From assembly GCA_963705305.1 (NCBI GenBank), contig OY970067.1, forward strand, positions 2,400,001 through 2,464,000: a stretch of 64,000 bases of DNA. The letters run 5' to 3'. Below the pieces are notes generated by a model. That model ran no database searches. It was given only the letters and a program-made list of their open reading frames with translations, and had not been told where the DNA came from. Origin of the DNA: an uncultured Methylomirabilota bacterium (GTDB lineage Bacteria; Methylomirabilota; Methylomirabilia; Methylomirabilales; 2-02-FULL-66-22). Position 1 is the stretch's first letter, and each line of letters starts with the position of its first letter. This document shows positions 42,077-53,870 of this stretch, one piece after another. A program made the position numbers and the translations under genes.

Positions 42077-43663
42077 GCATGGACATTGCGATTCTTTCCG
42101 GTCGGATCTTCACCGGCGATCCGGTGCGACCCTGGGCCGAAGCCGTGTGCCTGAGGGAGGGGCGGATCGCCGCCGTGGGCGGCACCGCGGAGGTGCGGGC
42201 GGCGTGCAGCCGGGGGGCGCGGATCTTCGAGCTGCCCGGGCGGCTGGTGACGCCAGGGATCGTGGACGCGCACCTGCACTTCGTGGGCTTCGGACTGTAC
42301 CTCCGTCGGATCGACCTGCGCGGCCTCCCCTCCATCCAGGCCTGCCGGGAGCGGGTGCGGGAGGCGGTGCGGACCCGGGTACCGGGCGAGTGGATCATCG
42401 GCCGCGGCTGGCACGAGCACGACTGGGCGGAGCGGCGCGAAGCGGGCAGACGGGACCTCGACGACATTGCGCCGGATCACCCGGTGATGCTGATCCGCCA
42501 CTGCGGCCACACCGTGTGGGTCAACTCGGCGGCCCTGGCCAGGGCGGGGATCGCCAAGGGGACACCGGACGCCCCGGGGGCCCGCATCGAGCGGGATCCC
42601 AAGACGGGGGAGCCGACGGGTCTGCTGCGGGAGTACCGGAAGATCATCGAGAAGATGATCCCCCCCCACGCTGGAGGAGCGGAAGGACGCGGCGCTGCGC
42701 GCCCAGGCGGAGGCGCTGCGCTTCGGGGTGACGGGGGTGCACTCCTGCGAGACCCTCCTGGAGTGGGAGGCGCTGGCCGCCCTGGAAACGGAGCAGCGGC
42801 TTGTGCTACGCATCCACCACACCCTGCCGCCCGAGGAGCTGGAGCGGGCAAAGGTGCGGGGGATCGAGCCGGGCCGGGGGAGCGACCGGCTCTGGTTCGG
42901 GCAGGTGAAGCTGTTCGCGGACGGGACGCTGGGATCGGGAACAGCCTTGCTCCACCAGCCCTACGCGGACGATCCCTCCACCCGGGGACTCGAGTGCCTC
43001 TCGGCGGCCGAGCTGCAAGAGCGGACCGAGCTGGCCTACCGCTACGGGGGGGACGTGGCCGTCCACGCCATCGGGGATCAGGCCGTGACCAACGTGCTCA
43101 CCGCCGTCGAGGCGGCGCGCAGCCGCCTCCCGGGGCCCCGCCGCGACCGCGTCGAGCATGTCCAACTCGTCCGTCCGGACGACCTCGCCACCTTCCGGCG
43201 CCTGGGGGTGGTCGCCTCGGTGCAGCCGGTGCACCTGCTCACCGACATGCCGGTGGCGGAGCGGAAGTGGGGGATGGGTCGCTGCCGTTTCGCCTACGCC
43301 TGGAAGTCTATGCTCGATGCGGGGATTCGGGTGCAGTTCGGATCGGACGCCCCGGTCGAGTCGATCAACCCGCTGCTGAGCTTCCGCGCGGCGCTGAGCC
43401 GGCAGAGTCTGGCCGGCGGGCCACCGGGAGGGTGGTTCCCCGCCGAGCGGCTGACCCTGGAGGAGACCCTCCGGGGCTTTACCGCCGAGCCCGCTTGGAC
43501 CTCGCGGAAAGAGCATGAACTGGGCGTGCTCGCCCCCGGACGAAGGGCGGATCTCACCGTGTTCGCGGAGGACCTTTTCGGCAGGCCGCCAGGGGACGTG
43601 GCATCGGTCGAGGTGGAGATGACCGTGGTGGATGGCGAGGTGGCGTACCAGCGGGCGACCTAG
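42073..43663 (+). CDS. Amidohydrolase 3 family (YtcJ-like); frameshift in the C-run at ~42660
   Basis: PGIVDAHLH, VKLFADG, VHAIGD, RVEH, FGSDAP, ADLTV. Confidence 0.88.
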
Positions 43664-43913
43664 CCCTGGACTGAAGAAACTTTTGAACCGCCATGGCGCC
43701 AAGGCCCTACAATGAACAGGGTTCGGAGGCTTTGAGTCTTGGCTCCGGGCGCCCCTTCAGGGGACTTGAGGCGATTTCAGCCGCTGTGCGTCCCGTCCAT
43801 TCCAGCTATGCGATTCTTGGCGACTCGGCAGTGAGATGTTTTCGGAATGGGGCTGGCACGCCCTCGGTCGAGGACGGACAAGGTGTCCCCGGCTGTTCCG
43901 GTCTGAGCAGATT

Positions 43914-44795
43914 TCAGCGCCCCTGGCGGAGCTTCTCGTAGAGGGCCTGGACCTCGCCCAGGTCCCGGCGGAAGGGGCCTTCGGCCTCGAGCTTCAGGCT
44001 GGTGACGGCGGCCGCCCAGACCACCGCGTCGGCGGGCGGGGCCGACAGGCGCCGCGACAGATAGGCCGCCGTGCAGGTATCTCCCCGCCCGCTGCGCCCC
44101 CGGATGGCCTGGGGGGCGAACGGCGCCTCGGCGCATTCCTTGCCGCAGCAGACAAGCACCCCCCCCGCATGGGTGAGCAGAACCTCGCGCGGCCCGGAGG
44201 CCGCCAGGCGCTTGGCGGCCTCGTATCGATCGGACTCGCCGGTAATCATCCCCGCCTCGACGGCATCCGTCTTGAGCACGGTGACATGCCGCAGGATCTC
44301 CTCCTTGCCCGGCCAGGCATCGGCAATCAGGAGGCCGTCCTGCACGACGCGGAGGAACCCCTGGACGTCGAGGGCCAGGAATTCCCCGTTGGCGGCCAGC
44401 GCCCGCACCACCTCGGCCGGGACCTCGCCCCGCACGGAGGCGCCGATAACAAATGCCCTGGCCTCCAGCCCCGCAATCTCCTCGAGGGTGAAGGATCCCG
44501 CCGAGCTGGTCAGCTCGATCGTCCGCTCATCCAGGTTGGCCGTCGGGTAGGTCAGCCGCAGGCAGGTGGAGGCGGGGGTAGCCGTGGCGTAGGGGGTCAC
44601 GCCCAGGCGCTCCAGCTCGCGCACGACATGCCAATCCTCGCGGGCGAGCCGGGTGACAACCGCGGTGCGCAACCCCATGCGCGCCGCCACGTGGGCCCCG
44701 TAGTTGAAGGCGCCCCCGTCCACAACACGGGTGACCTGCGGATATACGATGGTATCCTTGGTGTAATGGCCGACGAAGATGATGTCGAACGTCAT
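43914..44795 (-). CDS. PfkB-family carbohydrate kinase
   Basis: GG..Y N-motif, LDVQG, GRSGRGDT. Confidence 0.85.
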   Translation of the reverse strand: MTFDIIFVGHYTKDTIVYPQVTRVVDGGAFNYGAHVAARMGLRTAVVTRLAREDWHVVRELERLGVTPYATATPASTCLRLTYPTANLDERTIELTSSAGSFTLEEIAGLEARAFVIGASVRGEVPAEVVRALAANGEFLALDVQGFLRVVQDGLLIADAWPGKEEILRHVTVLKTDAVEAGMITGESDRYEAAKRLAASGPREVLLTHAGGVLVCCGKECAEAPFAPQAIRGRSGRGDTCTAAYLSRRLSAPPADAVVWAAAVTSLKLEAEGPFRRDLGEVQALYEKLRQGR

Positions 44796-45169
44796 GTCCC
44801 CTCCCACCGAATCACCCACCGTCGCGACCGGCCGCACGCTCTCCCGAGTGCGGTGCGATGCCAGTCGAAATGGAGCTCCGTAAGTCTAGCACAGCATTGG
44901 ATGGTCCGCATCCGATGCCGGAGGCGAGCCCCCGGCCTCCAGTCCGTTGCCCCGCCCCGCTGACCTGCCGGCTGTTGACACCTCCCCGCAAACCTTGATA
45001 GCGTCCTCGCCGGCCGGGATTCGAGTCCGGCATCCAGGGATGCTGGCGGTAGAATAAGAGACGTAGAAAGGAGCATCGGTCCCAAACGCGGGCCGCGAAG
45101 ATCTCCGTCCCCGGGTCCACGTCCAACCGACGGACTGCCGAGGAGGGCCGGCAGAAAGGAGATGCACGC

Positions 45170-46192
45170 ATGTCGCCAGTGGGGGTTGCGGTTGCAGGCG
45201 GCGGGATGATCGCCGGGGTGCATGTGGCGGCCCTGCGGGAGGTCGCCGACGCCCGGGTGGTCGGGGCCTGGAGCCGGTCGGCCGAGCGCGCCAGACGCTT
45301 CGCCGAACAGCACGGAGTCCACGCCTACGGAAGCTTCGAGGAGCTGCTGGCGGATCCCGCGGTGGAGGCGGTGAGCATCTGCCTCCCGGCGAGCTGGCAC
45401 GCCGAATACGGGATCCGGGCCGCCGCGGCGGGCAAGCACGTCATCGTCGAGAAGCCGATCGATATCACGGAGGAGAAGGCCGAGAGGCTGATCGAGGCCT
45501 GCCGGCAGCACCGGCGGACGCTGGCTGTCATCTTCCAGAACCGGTACACGCCGGCGGCCCGCCGGCTGCGGCAGGCGCTGGACCAGGGGCTGCTCGGCCG
45601 GCCGATCCTGGGGGATGCCTACATCAAGTGGTTCCGCTCCACGGAGTACTACCGGAGCAGCCCGTGGCGAGGCACCAAGGCCGGGGACGGCGGCGGCGCC
45701 CTCATCACGCAAGCCATCCACACCATCGATCTGCTCCAGTGGTTCATGGGTGGGGCCAGGCGCGTCTGCGGGATGGTCCGGACTTCCACGCATGCCATCG
45801 AGTCCGAGGATCTGGGGGTGGCCGTGGTGGAGTTCGCGGAAGGGGCCATGGGAGTGATCGAGGGTGCGACGGCCGTCCAGCCGGGCTTCAAGGAGCGGAT
45901 CGAGATCCACGGCCAGCGGGGATCGGTGATCCTGGAGGGGGGCAACATCCGGGAGTGGAAGGTGGAGGGCTGCACCGAGGCGGACTACGTGGATGCCCGG
46001 ACGGTGACTTACGGGTCCACCAACTCGCCCGCCATCTCGCACGTCAATCACACGGCCCAGTTCGAGGAGATCATCGGCGCCATTCAGGCCGGCCGCGATC
46101 CCCTGGTGAGCGGCGAGGAGGGCCTCAAGGCCCTTCGGATCGTCCTCGGCATCTACGAATCGTCGGCCGCGCGCAGGTGGGTCGACCTGTAG
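45170..46192 (+). CDS. Gfo/Idh/MocA-family oxidoreductase
   Basis: GKHVIVEKP, FQNRY, GGGALITQAIHTIDL. Confidence 0.93.
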   Translation: MSPVGVAVAGGGMIAGVHVAALREVADARVVGAWSRSAERARRFAEQHGVHAYGSFEELLADPAVEAVSICLPASWHAEYGIRAAAAGKHVIVEKPIDITEEKAERLIEACRQHRRTLAVIFQNRYTPAARRLRQALDQGLLGRPILGDAYIKWFRSTEYYRSSPWRGTKAGDGGGALITQAIHTIDLLQWFMGGARRVCGMVRTSTHAIESEDLGVAVVEFAEGAMGVIEGATAVQPGFKERIEIHGQRGSVILEGGNIREWKVEGCTEADYVDARTVTYGSTNSPAISHVNHTAQFEEIIGAIQAGRDPLVSGEEGLKALRIVLGIYESSAARRWVDL

Positions 46193-46240
46193 GGCGCGCG
46201 ACGCGAACAGGCGGCGCGAGGCGCCTGGAGGGGGTACACC

Positions 46241-46750
46241 ATGAGCCTGAGCTTGTTCTTCTTGCGGCACGGCCAGGCCGCCAGCCGGAGCGACTGGACG
46301 GGGGACGACGCCGCGCGGCCGCTCACCGCCGAGGGGAAGGAGCGCATGCAGCGGGAGGCGGATGCGATCGCGGCGCTGAAGCTTCCCCTGGATCTGATCA
46401 TCAGCAGTCCGCTGGTGCGCGCCATGCAGACGGCGGAGATCGTCGCCGGGGCGCAGGCCGGCGCGCCCCGCGTGATCGCGGATGGACGGGTGGGGCCAGG
46501 CTTCGGCGCGGACCACCTGGCCGCCATTCTGGCGGAGCATCGGAGGGCGGGGGCGGTGATGCTGGTGGGCCACGAGCCGGATTTCAGCTGGACGATCGGC
46601 CGCCTGATAGGCGGCGGTCGGCTGGTCATGAAAAAGGGCGGATTGGCCTGCGTCGAGCTGGAGGATCCGGCTTCCCTGCGGGGGGCGCTGGCGTGGCTCG
46701 TGCCGCCGGCGATCCTGGAACGGGGTCAGCGCGGGAGGAGGAAGGCATAA
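46241..46750 (+). CDS. sixA: Phosphohistidine phosphatase SixA
   Basis: LRHG, SSPLVRAMQTA, LVGHEP. Confidence 0.88.
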   Translation: MSLSLFFLRHGQAASRSDWTGDDAARPLTAEGKERMQREADAIAALKLPLDLIISSPLVRAMQTAEIVAGAQAGAPRVIADGRVGPGFGADHLAAILAEHRRAGAVMLVGHEPDFSWTIGRLIGGGRLVMKKGGLACVELEDPASLRGALAWLVPPAILERGQRGRRKA

Positions 46751-47622
46751 CCCAGGAGGCGGTACACCAGCTTGGCGGCCAGGAAATCGGGCGCGACGAT
46801 GCCCGGCAGGGGCGCCAACTCGACGACGTCGAAGCCCACGATGCGCTTCGCCCTGGCCACCTCGCGAAGCACCGCCAGCAGGCGGTACCAGTCCAGACCC
46901 CCAGGCTCGGGGGTGCCGGTGGCGGGCATGATCCCCGGGTCCAGCACGTCCAGGTCCACCGTGATGTACACCTCGTCCGGCAGCGCTGCCAGCACCCGAC
47001 CAATCCACTGGTCCAATGGATCGGCCGCCGCCTCGGGTGCGAAGACGGTGCAGATGCCCCGCCGGCGGATGAGCGCCTGCTCCTCCGCGGTGAGCGAGCG
47101 GATGCCGATCTGAGCCAGCGGTGCGCCGTCATCGACGATCCGATGCATGACGCAGGCGTGGTTGTGAGGGGAGCCCTCGAAGGTATCCCGCAGGTCGGCA
47201 TGGGCGTCCAGCTGCAGCACGCCGAGCCCGGGGTGGCGGGTGCGCGCCGCCCGCACCAGCGGAGCGGCCACCGAATGCTCGCCGCCGAGCCCGACCAGGA
47301 AGCGACCCGCCGCGACCACCTCGCGCGCGATGCGCTCGACCCGCGCCAGGGTGGCGGCGGGCCCTGCCGTGTCGGGCGCGATCGGGGCGAGGGTCGTGAT
47401 CCCGACCTCCTCCCACGTGTCCGCGCCCAGCTCTTCGTCGTATGTCTCGAGGTGGGTGGAGGCCTCCAAGATCGCCAGGGGACCCCGCCGCGCGCCCGGT
47501 TGGTAGGAGGCGGTGAGATCGTAGGGAATGGGGAGGAGGGCGGCCCGGGGCTCCCGCGCGGGCTTCATTCCTTCGGGGATGCCGAGAAACTCCTGGTACG
47601 GCGCGTACCGCTCGTCACTCAC
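46726..47622 (-). CDS. speB: Agmatinase/ureohydrolase
   Basis: [26 protein letters not shown]. Confidence 0.92.
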   Translation of the reverse strand: MSDERYAPYQEFLGIPEGMKPAREPRAALLPIPYDLTASYQPGARRGPLAILEASTHLETYDEELGADTWEEVGITTLAPIAPDTAGPAATLARVERIAREVVAAGRFLVGLGGEHSVAAPLVRAARTRHPGLGVLQLDAHADLRDTFEGSPHNHACVMHRIVDDGAPLAQIGIRSLTAEEQALIRRRGICTVFAPEAAADPLDQWIGRVLAALPDEVYITVDLDVLDPGIMPATGTPEPGGLDWYRLLAVLREVARAKRIVGFDVVELAPLPGIVAPDFLAAKLVYRLLGYAFLLPR

Positions 47623-48727
47623 TGCGAGTCTTCCGCTTCAGCGCCACGTAATCCCCCTGCAGGCGCTTGAGCAACTCTTCCCGCCGGTCGTACAGCCGCT
47701 TGGGCGTCCGGGACGCCCGTCTGGCCAGCGTGTAGGCGGTCAGCAGCGGCAGCGCGATGGTCGAGTCGGCGTACACCACCACGGCGCTGGGCAGCCGCTC
47801 CGGGTCGATCTTTCCCCAGGAGACGGCTTCCGAGGGCGTGGCCCCCGACAAGCCCCCGGTGTCGGGGCGGGCGTCGGTGACCTGGAGGAAGTAGTCGTGG
47901 CCCTTCTCCTCCAGCCCCAGGATCTCTTGAATCTGCGGCTCGGTCTGGAGCAGGAAGTTCTTCGGGCTGCCGCCGCCCAGGATCACCACAGCGCTCTTGC
48001 CGCCGGCCTGCTTGACGTCATAGACGATGGCCGCGGTCTCGTTGACATCCAGGTTCGGATCGATGGTGCCCTGGCAGCCCAGGAGGGACATCGCGGCCAG
48101 GTTCATCCCGATGGAGGAGTCGCCCGGGGAGGAGGTGTATACCGGCACGGCGGCCCGGTGGCAGGCGGCCAGGAGCGAGTGCCCCTGGGTCCCGAGCACC
48201 CGCTCGCGCTCCGCGACATGGCGGCCGAGCCGGTAGTGGAACTCCGCCGAGGACATGGGATGCTGGAACTCCTCGGCCGCGATGACCTTCACGATATAGG
48301 CATCCGTATCCAAGAGGACCTCTTCGGGAAAGAAGATGTCGTAGATGCGGATGATCCGATCCCGCCGCAACTCGACATCGGAGACGAAGGGGGAGCCGTG
48401 GTGCATCGGCATCCCGAGGCCGTAGTGCAAATCGTGATAGAGGTTCGCGCCCGTGGAGACGATCCAGTCCACGAACCCGGCCTCGACCAGGGGAATCAGG
48501 CAGGAGACACCGTACCCTCCCGGCGTGAGGGCCCCCGTCAGCGAGAGGCCGACGGTGACGTCCGGCTCCAGCATTTTCTCTGCGAAGAGCCGCGCCCCCT
48601 CCCGCAGCCGCGCCGCATTGTAGGCGGAAAATGCCTGCTCGACAAGCTCCGCCGCCGTCATGTTCCCGCGGACACGGGGAGGCAGGATTCTTCCACCGTG
48701 CAGGAAGGCGCTGTCGCGCTCGACCAT
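47615..48727 (-). CDS. Deoxyhypusine synthase-like protein (homospermidine biosynthesis)
   Basis: [41 protein letters not shown]. Confidence 0.9.
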   Translation of the reverse strand: MVERDSAFLHGGRILPPRVRGNMTAAELVEQAFSAYNAARLREGARLFAEKMLEPDVTVGLSLTGALTPGGYGVSCLIPLVEAGFVDWIVSTGANLYHDLHYGLGMPMHHGSPFVSDVELRRDRIIRIYDIFFPEEVLLDTDAYIVKVIAAEEFQHPMSSAEFHYRLGRHVAERERVLGTQGHSLLAACHRAAVPVYTSSPGDSSIGMNLAAMSLLGCQGTIDPNLDVNETAAIVYDVKQAGGKSAVVILGGGSPKNFLLQTEPQIQEILGLEEKGHDYFLQVTDARPDTGGLSGATPSEAVSWGKIDPERLPSAVVVYADSTIALPLLTAYTLARRASRTPKRLYDRREELLKRLQGDYVALKRKTRSE

Positions 48728-48737
48728 CGGACCTCCG

Positions 48738-49289
48738 TTAGTCGAAGAGCAAGACCGCCACGGCGATCGCCGTCGTCCACTTGCCGCCGCGGCCCACCAC
48801 GGCGGATTGGGTGACGTTGCGGGTGACCACGATCTTGTTCGAGATCTTCCAGATCTGGCGCTTCTCATCCCAGGACTGATCCTCGTCGAAATCCACGCCG
48901 ATCGTGGACGCCAGCATGGCGGCCGCCAGGTCCTCGGCGTAGTCCCCCGCCTCCTTCCCGGTCTGGCCGAAGGCGTGGTGCTCGGAGAGGTAGCCGAACA
49001 TGCGCCGGTCCCGCGGCACCGCCACCCCGATCGAGGCGGCGATCATGCGGTGGGGCTCGTTGGACTCGGCGCGGCTCATGACCACAAACGTGATCTGGCC
49101 GGGCTCCAGCCGCTCCTCGCCCTTGGCCCGGGTGATGAACCTGCATCCCGGGGGGTAGATGGAGGACACCGAGACCAGGTTGAGGGAGGCGATGCCGGCG
49201 TGGCGGAGCGCCAGCTCGAAGGACTGCAATTTCTCCGCGTGGACACCCACCCCGTTCGTGAGGTAGAGCTTCTTGGGGACGAAAGCCAT
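48738..49289 (-). CDS. Pyruvoyl-dependent arginine decarboxylase
   Basis: [25 protein letters not shown] (self-cleavage Ser-Ser), GYLSEHH. Confidence 0.92.
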   Translation of the reverse strand: MAFVPKKLYLTNGVGVHAEKLQSFELALRHAGIASLNLVSVSSIYPPGCRFITRAKGEERLEPGQITFVVMSRAESNEPHRMIAASIGVAVPRDRRMFGYLSEHHAFGQTGKEAGDYAEDLAAAMLASTIGVDFDEDQSWDEKRQIWKISNKIVVTRNVTQSAVVGRGGKWTTAIAVAVLLFD

Positions 49290-49501
49290 GGTCGCCTTCC
49301 CCTCCTCGTCAGATACGGCCCCCGAGCGGTCCGAGGTGTTCCGGCCGTTTCCTGCCCAGGGCTCCGCCCGTGGCAGGGCCCCGGCGTCGGCCGGCAATTC
49401 AACAAAGTACCGTACCCGATGTCATGATGTTAATCAAGCAAGAAGCCGCAGAATTGAGAGAGCGCGGCTCCCGACTCACGAGTCGCGGCCGTCGTCTCGC
49501 G

Positions 49502-51271
49502 CTATTTTTCCGGGCCGGCCCGATGCAGCGCCGATCCGGCTTCCGGGTACTCGAGAGTATTCTCCACCGCGGCAATGTGCTCCGGAGGGAAGTTGGGGAA
49601 AGGCAGCTTCTGCGTCTGCCGCCACGCCTGCACCGTGGCAACCGCCGCCTGGGCCTTGGCGGCATTCAATCCCGAGTCCCTGGCAACGTAGAGCGTGCTG
49701 GAGGGGAAGGCGACGCCCGTTCCGCTGGCCTCGATGATGTCCATGATGCGCAGCAGCAAGTCCTCCTGGATTTCGACGAAGGTCCCATAGTCGGCGGTGA
49801 GGATGTAGGAGAAGATCTCGAGGTCCAGCGAGGAGCCGCCGAATCGCACAAACCGGATGCGGGCCGAGCCGGTCTCGACCTTGGGGTGGGCGTACAGCAG
49901 CTTTCGGATCTCGGCCAGGATGTAGCGAAGCTGGTCGGCGGAGGTCTCGTAGCGCACCCCGATCGTGGGATGAAACCAGATCTTGTCCCGGACGGCGAAA
50001 TTTTCCACGTTCATGGCCGCCAGCTGGCCGTTGGGGATGCTCAACATCGTCCGATCGAGTGTCCGGATGCGGGTGGAGCGCAGACCAACGTCTTCCACCG
50101 TCCCCACGTAGTCTCCGATGCGGCAGAAGTCGCCGACCCGCACGGGCCGATCGGTGATGATCATGATCCCCCCGAACAGGTTCTCCAGCGTCTTCTGGGC
50201 GGCGAAGGCAATGGCCAGGCCGCCGATCCCCAGGCCGGCCAGCGCGGCGGTCAGATCGATATTGGCCAGGTAGAGAAAGGTAAGAGTTGCCAGAATGATC
50301 ATGGCGGCTGCGGCCAGCCGACGGAGCAGATGGGTGAGGGCGATCTGGTCCTTCCGATTGACGCGCTGGAGATGTGCGACCGTCAGCTCGGCGACGACAT
50401 CGACCGTGCGGAGAACCAGCCATGTCACGGCCAGAATGACCAGGGCGCTCGCCACACGTATCCAGAAATAGCGTGCCAGCAAAGGCAGGTCGATCAGCCA
50501 GGTCCCGATCACGATGGCCATCGCCAGGGAAAGCAGGCGGACCGGGAGGATGATCTTCCGGAGCCTGGGGTCGTCGGGCTCACCGGTAAGCCGGTGGATG
50601 ATTCGACGGAGCAGCGAGACGACGACGGACGTGAACACCCGGACGAAGAGGATGACAAACGGGATGGCGAGCACGACCGCGAGCCAGGCCCAGAGCGGGA
50701 AATTGAGGATCCGGATTTCCCGCAAGGGCTTCCACATGAATTTCTGGAACCACGGGGCCTTGATCTCCTCATAGATGGCCGGGACGCCGCGCAGGGTCTC
50801 GGGCGAAACGAGCCAGATGGGCGGTCCCTGACTCTGCGGAACCCGCAAAAGCAGGACGTTCAGTTTCGCCGAGCCGACCGTGGCCACCCCGAGCAACTCC
50901 TGGTCCGGCGGTAACCCGTCCTGCATGTTTCCCTGGGGATTCGCGCTGAGGGTGCTCAGGTCTTCGGTCGGCAGGCCGTTGTCCAGCGTCACCTTGAGCT
51001 GGCGCGCGAGCTCTTCGGCCGCCTTGGGGGAGAGCGAGGTGTCAAGGTACTGGACCGCCCGCGGCCAGTTCTGGTCCTGGGCCGCCCTGATGAAGCCGAG
51101 GACGGTGCCCTGAGGGGTGGTCCGCCCGAGGGGGTCCTGGCCGACGGATGGGGGTGCGGCCTGGGTCCGCCCGGGCCTGCCGGGGGAGAGGAAGGCCGCA
51201 GCCCGGGCGGATGCCGGGAATGCCGGCAGTGAGCAGAGCACGAGCAGGCACAGGACGCTAATCCTTCTCAT
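49502..51271 (-). CDS. MscS-family mechanosensitive channel with periplasmic N-domain
   Basis: GLGIGGLAIAFAAQKTLENLFGG, GTVEDVGLRSTRIRT, AFPS. Confidence 0.93.
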   Translation of the reverse strand: MRRISVLCLLVLCSLPAFPASARAAAFLSPGRPGRTQAAPPSVGQDPLGRTTPQGTVLGFIRAAQDQNWPRAVQYLDTSLSPKAAEELARQLKVTLDNGLPTEDLSTLSANPQGNMQDGLPPDQELLGVATVGSAKLNVLLLRVPQSQGPPIWLVSPETLRGVPAIYEEIKAPWFQKFMWKPLREIRILNFPLWAWLAVVLAIPFVILFVRVFTSVVVSLLRRIIHRLTGEPDDPRLRKIILPVRLLSLAMAIVIGTWLIDLPLLARYFWIRVASALVILAVTWLVLRTVDVVAELTVAHLQRVNRKDQIALTHLLRRLAAAAMIILATLTFLYLANIDLTAALAGLGIGGLAIAFAAQKTLENLFGGIMIITDRPVRVGDFCRIGDYVGTVEDVGLRSTRIRTLDRTMLSIPNGQLAAMNVENFAVRDKIWFHPTIGVRYETSADQLRYILAEIRKLLYAHPKVETGSARIRFVRFGGSSLDLEIFSYILTADYGTFVEIQEDLLLRIMDIIEASGTGVAFPSSTLYVARDSGLNAAKAQAAVATVQAWRQTQKLPFPNFPPEHIAAVENTLEYPEAGSALHRAGPEK

Positions 51272-51924
51272 AGGTGCCTCCATGGCGTTCCGTTCGACTA
51301 TTGACCTTGGGCCGAAACGGGAAGTTGAGATAAAACCATTCTGCCAGTAGGGATAACCGGAAGCGAGGGACTGTTTCGCGGGGCCGCGTGGCATCGCCGG
51401 AGGGAATTCATGTCCGAGGCGGCCGCCCGTCCCCTTGCCCCCGTCCGGCCTGCCGGGTCCATTGCGGCTCCCAGGATACCACGCTTAGGGCCGGACCGCT
51501 CCCCGGCCCGATGGTAAGCGCGTTCCCACCCAGAACGAATTGGCCATCGCCCGATTCCAGGGGCGCCACGTTGCCGAAATCGCCGCCAAGCTGGTGCGCG
51601 GCTCCCTCTGAGCAGCCCCCTCCACGGAGGGCCCGGAGCCGGCCCACCCACGCAGGGGGGGCGGCTCCATGCGCATGGGCCCCGGGCAGCCCACGCGCTG
51701 GAGATCTCTCGGCCCACGGGTCTGCTGGCTGGCTCCCGCCCGCCCACCTCTTTCCCGTCCCCGTCCGGCGCCTTCGCATCTGCGGCAATCCGTTTCCCCG
51801 GGCCGCGGGATTGTTCTTGATCCGAGACGTTTCCACGGGATGCGCTTGCCTGGCATGGCCGTTGGAGGGATGGTGTGGCTGGCAGCGTTCCGGCGAGTCG
51901 CGCCGCCGCGGAAAGGGGAAGATC

Positions 51925-52692
51925 ATGAGAGGCTATCGTCTGGTGGACCTGAGCCTGCCACTCATGAACGGAGGCGGCTTCGGGATGCCGGCCCAGATGC
52001 GTTTCACGGGCCATGCGGCTCGCGGCAAGGGCCTGGCCGAGCGGCACGGGCTCGATCCGGCCCTCCTGGGCGGCGCGGCCAACGCCATGGAGGAGTTCAC
52101 CTTCCTGAACTGCCACACGGGCACGCACTTCGATGCGCCCTGGCACTACGTCCCGACCACCCGCGGCCGCCCCGCCCTGACCGTCGATCAGATTCCCCTG
52201 GAATGGTGCTCCGGCGACGGGGTATGGCTCGACCTCAGCCACAAGCCGGCCGGCCACGACATCACCGCCGAGGATCTCCAGCGTGCGGTGGGCACGATGG
52301 ACTACCGCATCAAGCCGATGGATATTGTGCTCATCAAGACCGGGGCATCCGCCTTTTACGGCCGGCCGGGCTGCGACAACATGAACGCCGGGGTGACAGG
52401 GGGGGCCACCTTCTGGCTGGCCGATCGTGGGGTCAAGCTGGCAAGCATCGACGCCGGCTGCTGGGACCGCCCCCCGCAGCTCCAGCTGGAGTCGCTGCAG
52501 CGGGGGGAGCGCATAGGGCAGTACATGCAGGGCCATCGAGCCGCCGGGGAGCGCGGCATGTGCATCCTGGAGTGGCTCACCAATCTGGACCTGCTGCCCC
52601 ACAGCGGGTTCACCGTCGTTGCCTTCCCCGTCAAGGTGGAGCGGGGAACGGCGGGGTGGGTGCGCGTGGTGGCCATGGTGCCGGACACGTAG
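51925..52692 (+). CDS. Cyclase-family metal hydrolase (kynurenine formamidase-like)
   Basis: HTGTHFDAPWH, EWLTNLDLLP, RVVA. Confidence 0.9.
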   Translation: MRGYRLVDLSLPLMNGGGFGMPAQMRFTGHAARGKGLAERHGLDPALLGGAANAMEEFTFLNCHTGTHFDAPWHYVPTTRGRPALTVDQIPLEWCSGDGVWLDLSHKPAGHDITAEDLQRAVGTMDYRIKPMDIVLIKTGASAFYGRPGCDNMNAGVTGGATFWLADRGVKLASIDAGCWDRPPQLQLESLQRGERIGQYMQGHRAAGERGMCILEWLTNLDLLPHSGFTVVAFPVKVERGTAGWVRVVAMVPDT

Positions 52693-52826
52693 GGCGCACC
52701 CGCCGAGCGCGCGCGCTGCGCGAGGGGCCGCCGGCCCGACTCTCCCGGCGACCGAATATCACCCGAAGAGTTCAGACGGTCGCTTCCGCCCCGGCGGGGC
52801 GACGCGTGCGGCCAGGAGGATCCTGC

Positions 52827-53870
52827 GTGAACGTCCGGGAGCGCATTCTGACGGCCATGAACTGGGGGGAGCCGGATCGGGTCCCACTCACGGTTTACGA
52901 CTGGATGCTGCCCCGCGGCCTGACCGAGCGCGGGCTGCGCGAGGCCGGCGTCGGCCTGATCACCCGCCTTCCGGCGCACCGGGCGACCTACCGGCAGGTC
53001 CAGATCACCACGCGGGAGTACTGGGAGAACGGACAGCCCTTCGTCCGCCGAACCATCCACACCCCGGTGGGCGAGGTGTGGCAGCGGCTGCAGCCCGACC
53101 CGGCTTACGGCACCTCCAACTGGATCCACGCCCATTTCATCAAGGGTCCCGAGGACTACCGGGTGATGGAGTACTACGTGCGGGATGCCGTCTACCACGA
53201 CAATTACGAGCTCATCCGCGAGACGCGGCGGCGGATGGGGGACGACGGGATCGTCTTCGTGCGGGTGGCCAAGGCCCCCATCCAGGAGATGCTCTACCAG
53301 ATGCTGGGGATGGAGCAGTTCGCCGAGGATTACCATACGCGGCGGGACCTGTTCGACTCGCTGCACGCCGCCATGGTGCGGCGGTACGCCGAGCTGTATG
53401 ACCTGGCGGCCGGGGCCCCGGTGGAGATCCTCCAGCTGGGCGACAACATCACGAGCGACGTGGTCGGCAAGGAGCGTTTTCAGGCCTACCTCATGCCGGA
53501 GTACGCGAAGCTGCATCGGCGGCTGGCGGGGACCGGGAAGAAGCTGGCGGTCCACATGGACGGGATGCTGAAATCGCTCACCACGGAGATCGGGACTGCC
53601 GAGTTTGACATCGTGGAGGCGATTACCCCCCCGCCGATGGGTGACGTGTCGGTCCGGGAGGCCCGCCAGGCCTGGCCGGGCAAGGCTCTCTGGATCAATT
53701 TCACCAGCTCGATGCACATCGAGCCCCCGCATGTGATCGAGGCCCACACGCGCCAGCTCCTGGCGGAGGCCGGAAGCAAGCGCGGCTTTGCCATCAGCGT
53801 GACCGAGGACGCCCCGGTGGAGGCGCTGGAGAAGAGCCTAGCCGTTATCGCCCGCGTGCTGCAAGAGTGA
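52827..53870 (+). CDS. Uroporphyrinogen decarboxylase/MtaA-like family protein
   Basis: RERILTA..PDRVP, LGDN, VHMDG, PPPMGD. Confidence 0.8.
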   Translation: MNVRERILTAMNWGEPDRVPLTVYDWMLPRGLTERGLREAGVGLITRLPAHRATYRQVQITTREYWENGQPFVRRTIHTPVGEVWQRLQPDPAYGTSNWIHAHFIKGPEDYRVMEYYVRDAVYHDNYELIRETRRRMGDDGIVFVRVAKAPIQEMLYQMLGMEQFAEDYHTRRDLFDSLHAAMVRRYAELYDLAAGAPVEILQLGDNITSDVVGKERFQAYLMPEYAKLHRRLAGTGKKLAVHMDGMLKSLTTEIGTAEFDIVEAITPPPMGDVSVREARQAWPGKALWINFTSSMHIEPPHVIEAHTRQLLAEAGSKRGFAISVTEDAPVEALEKSLAVIARVLQE

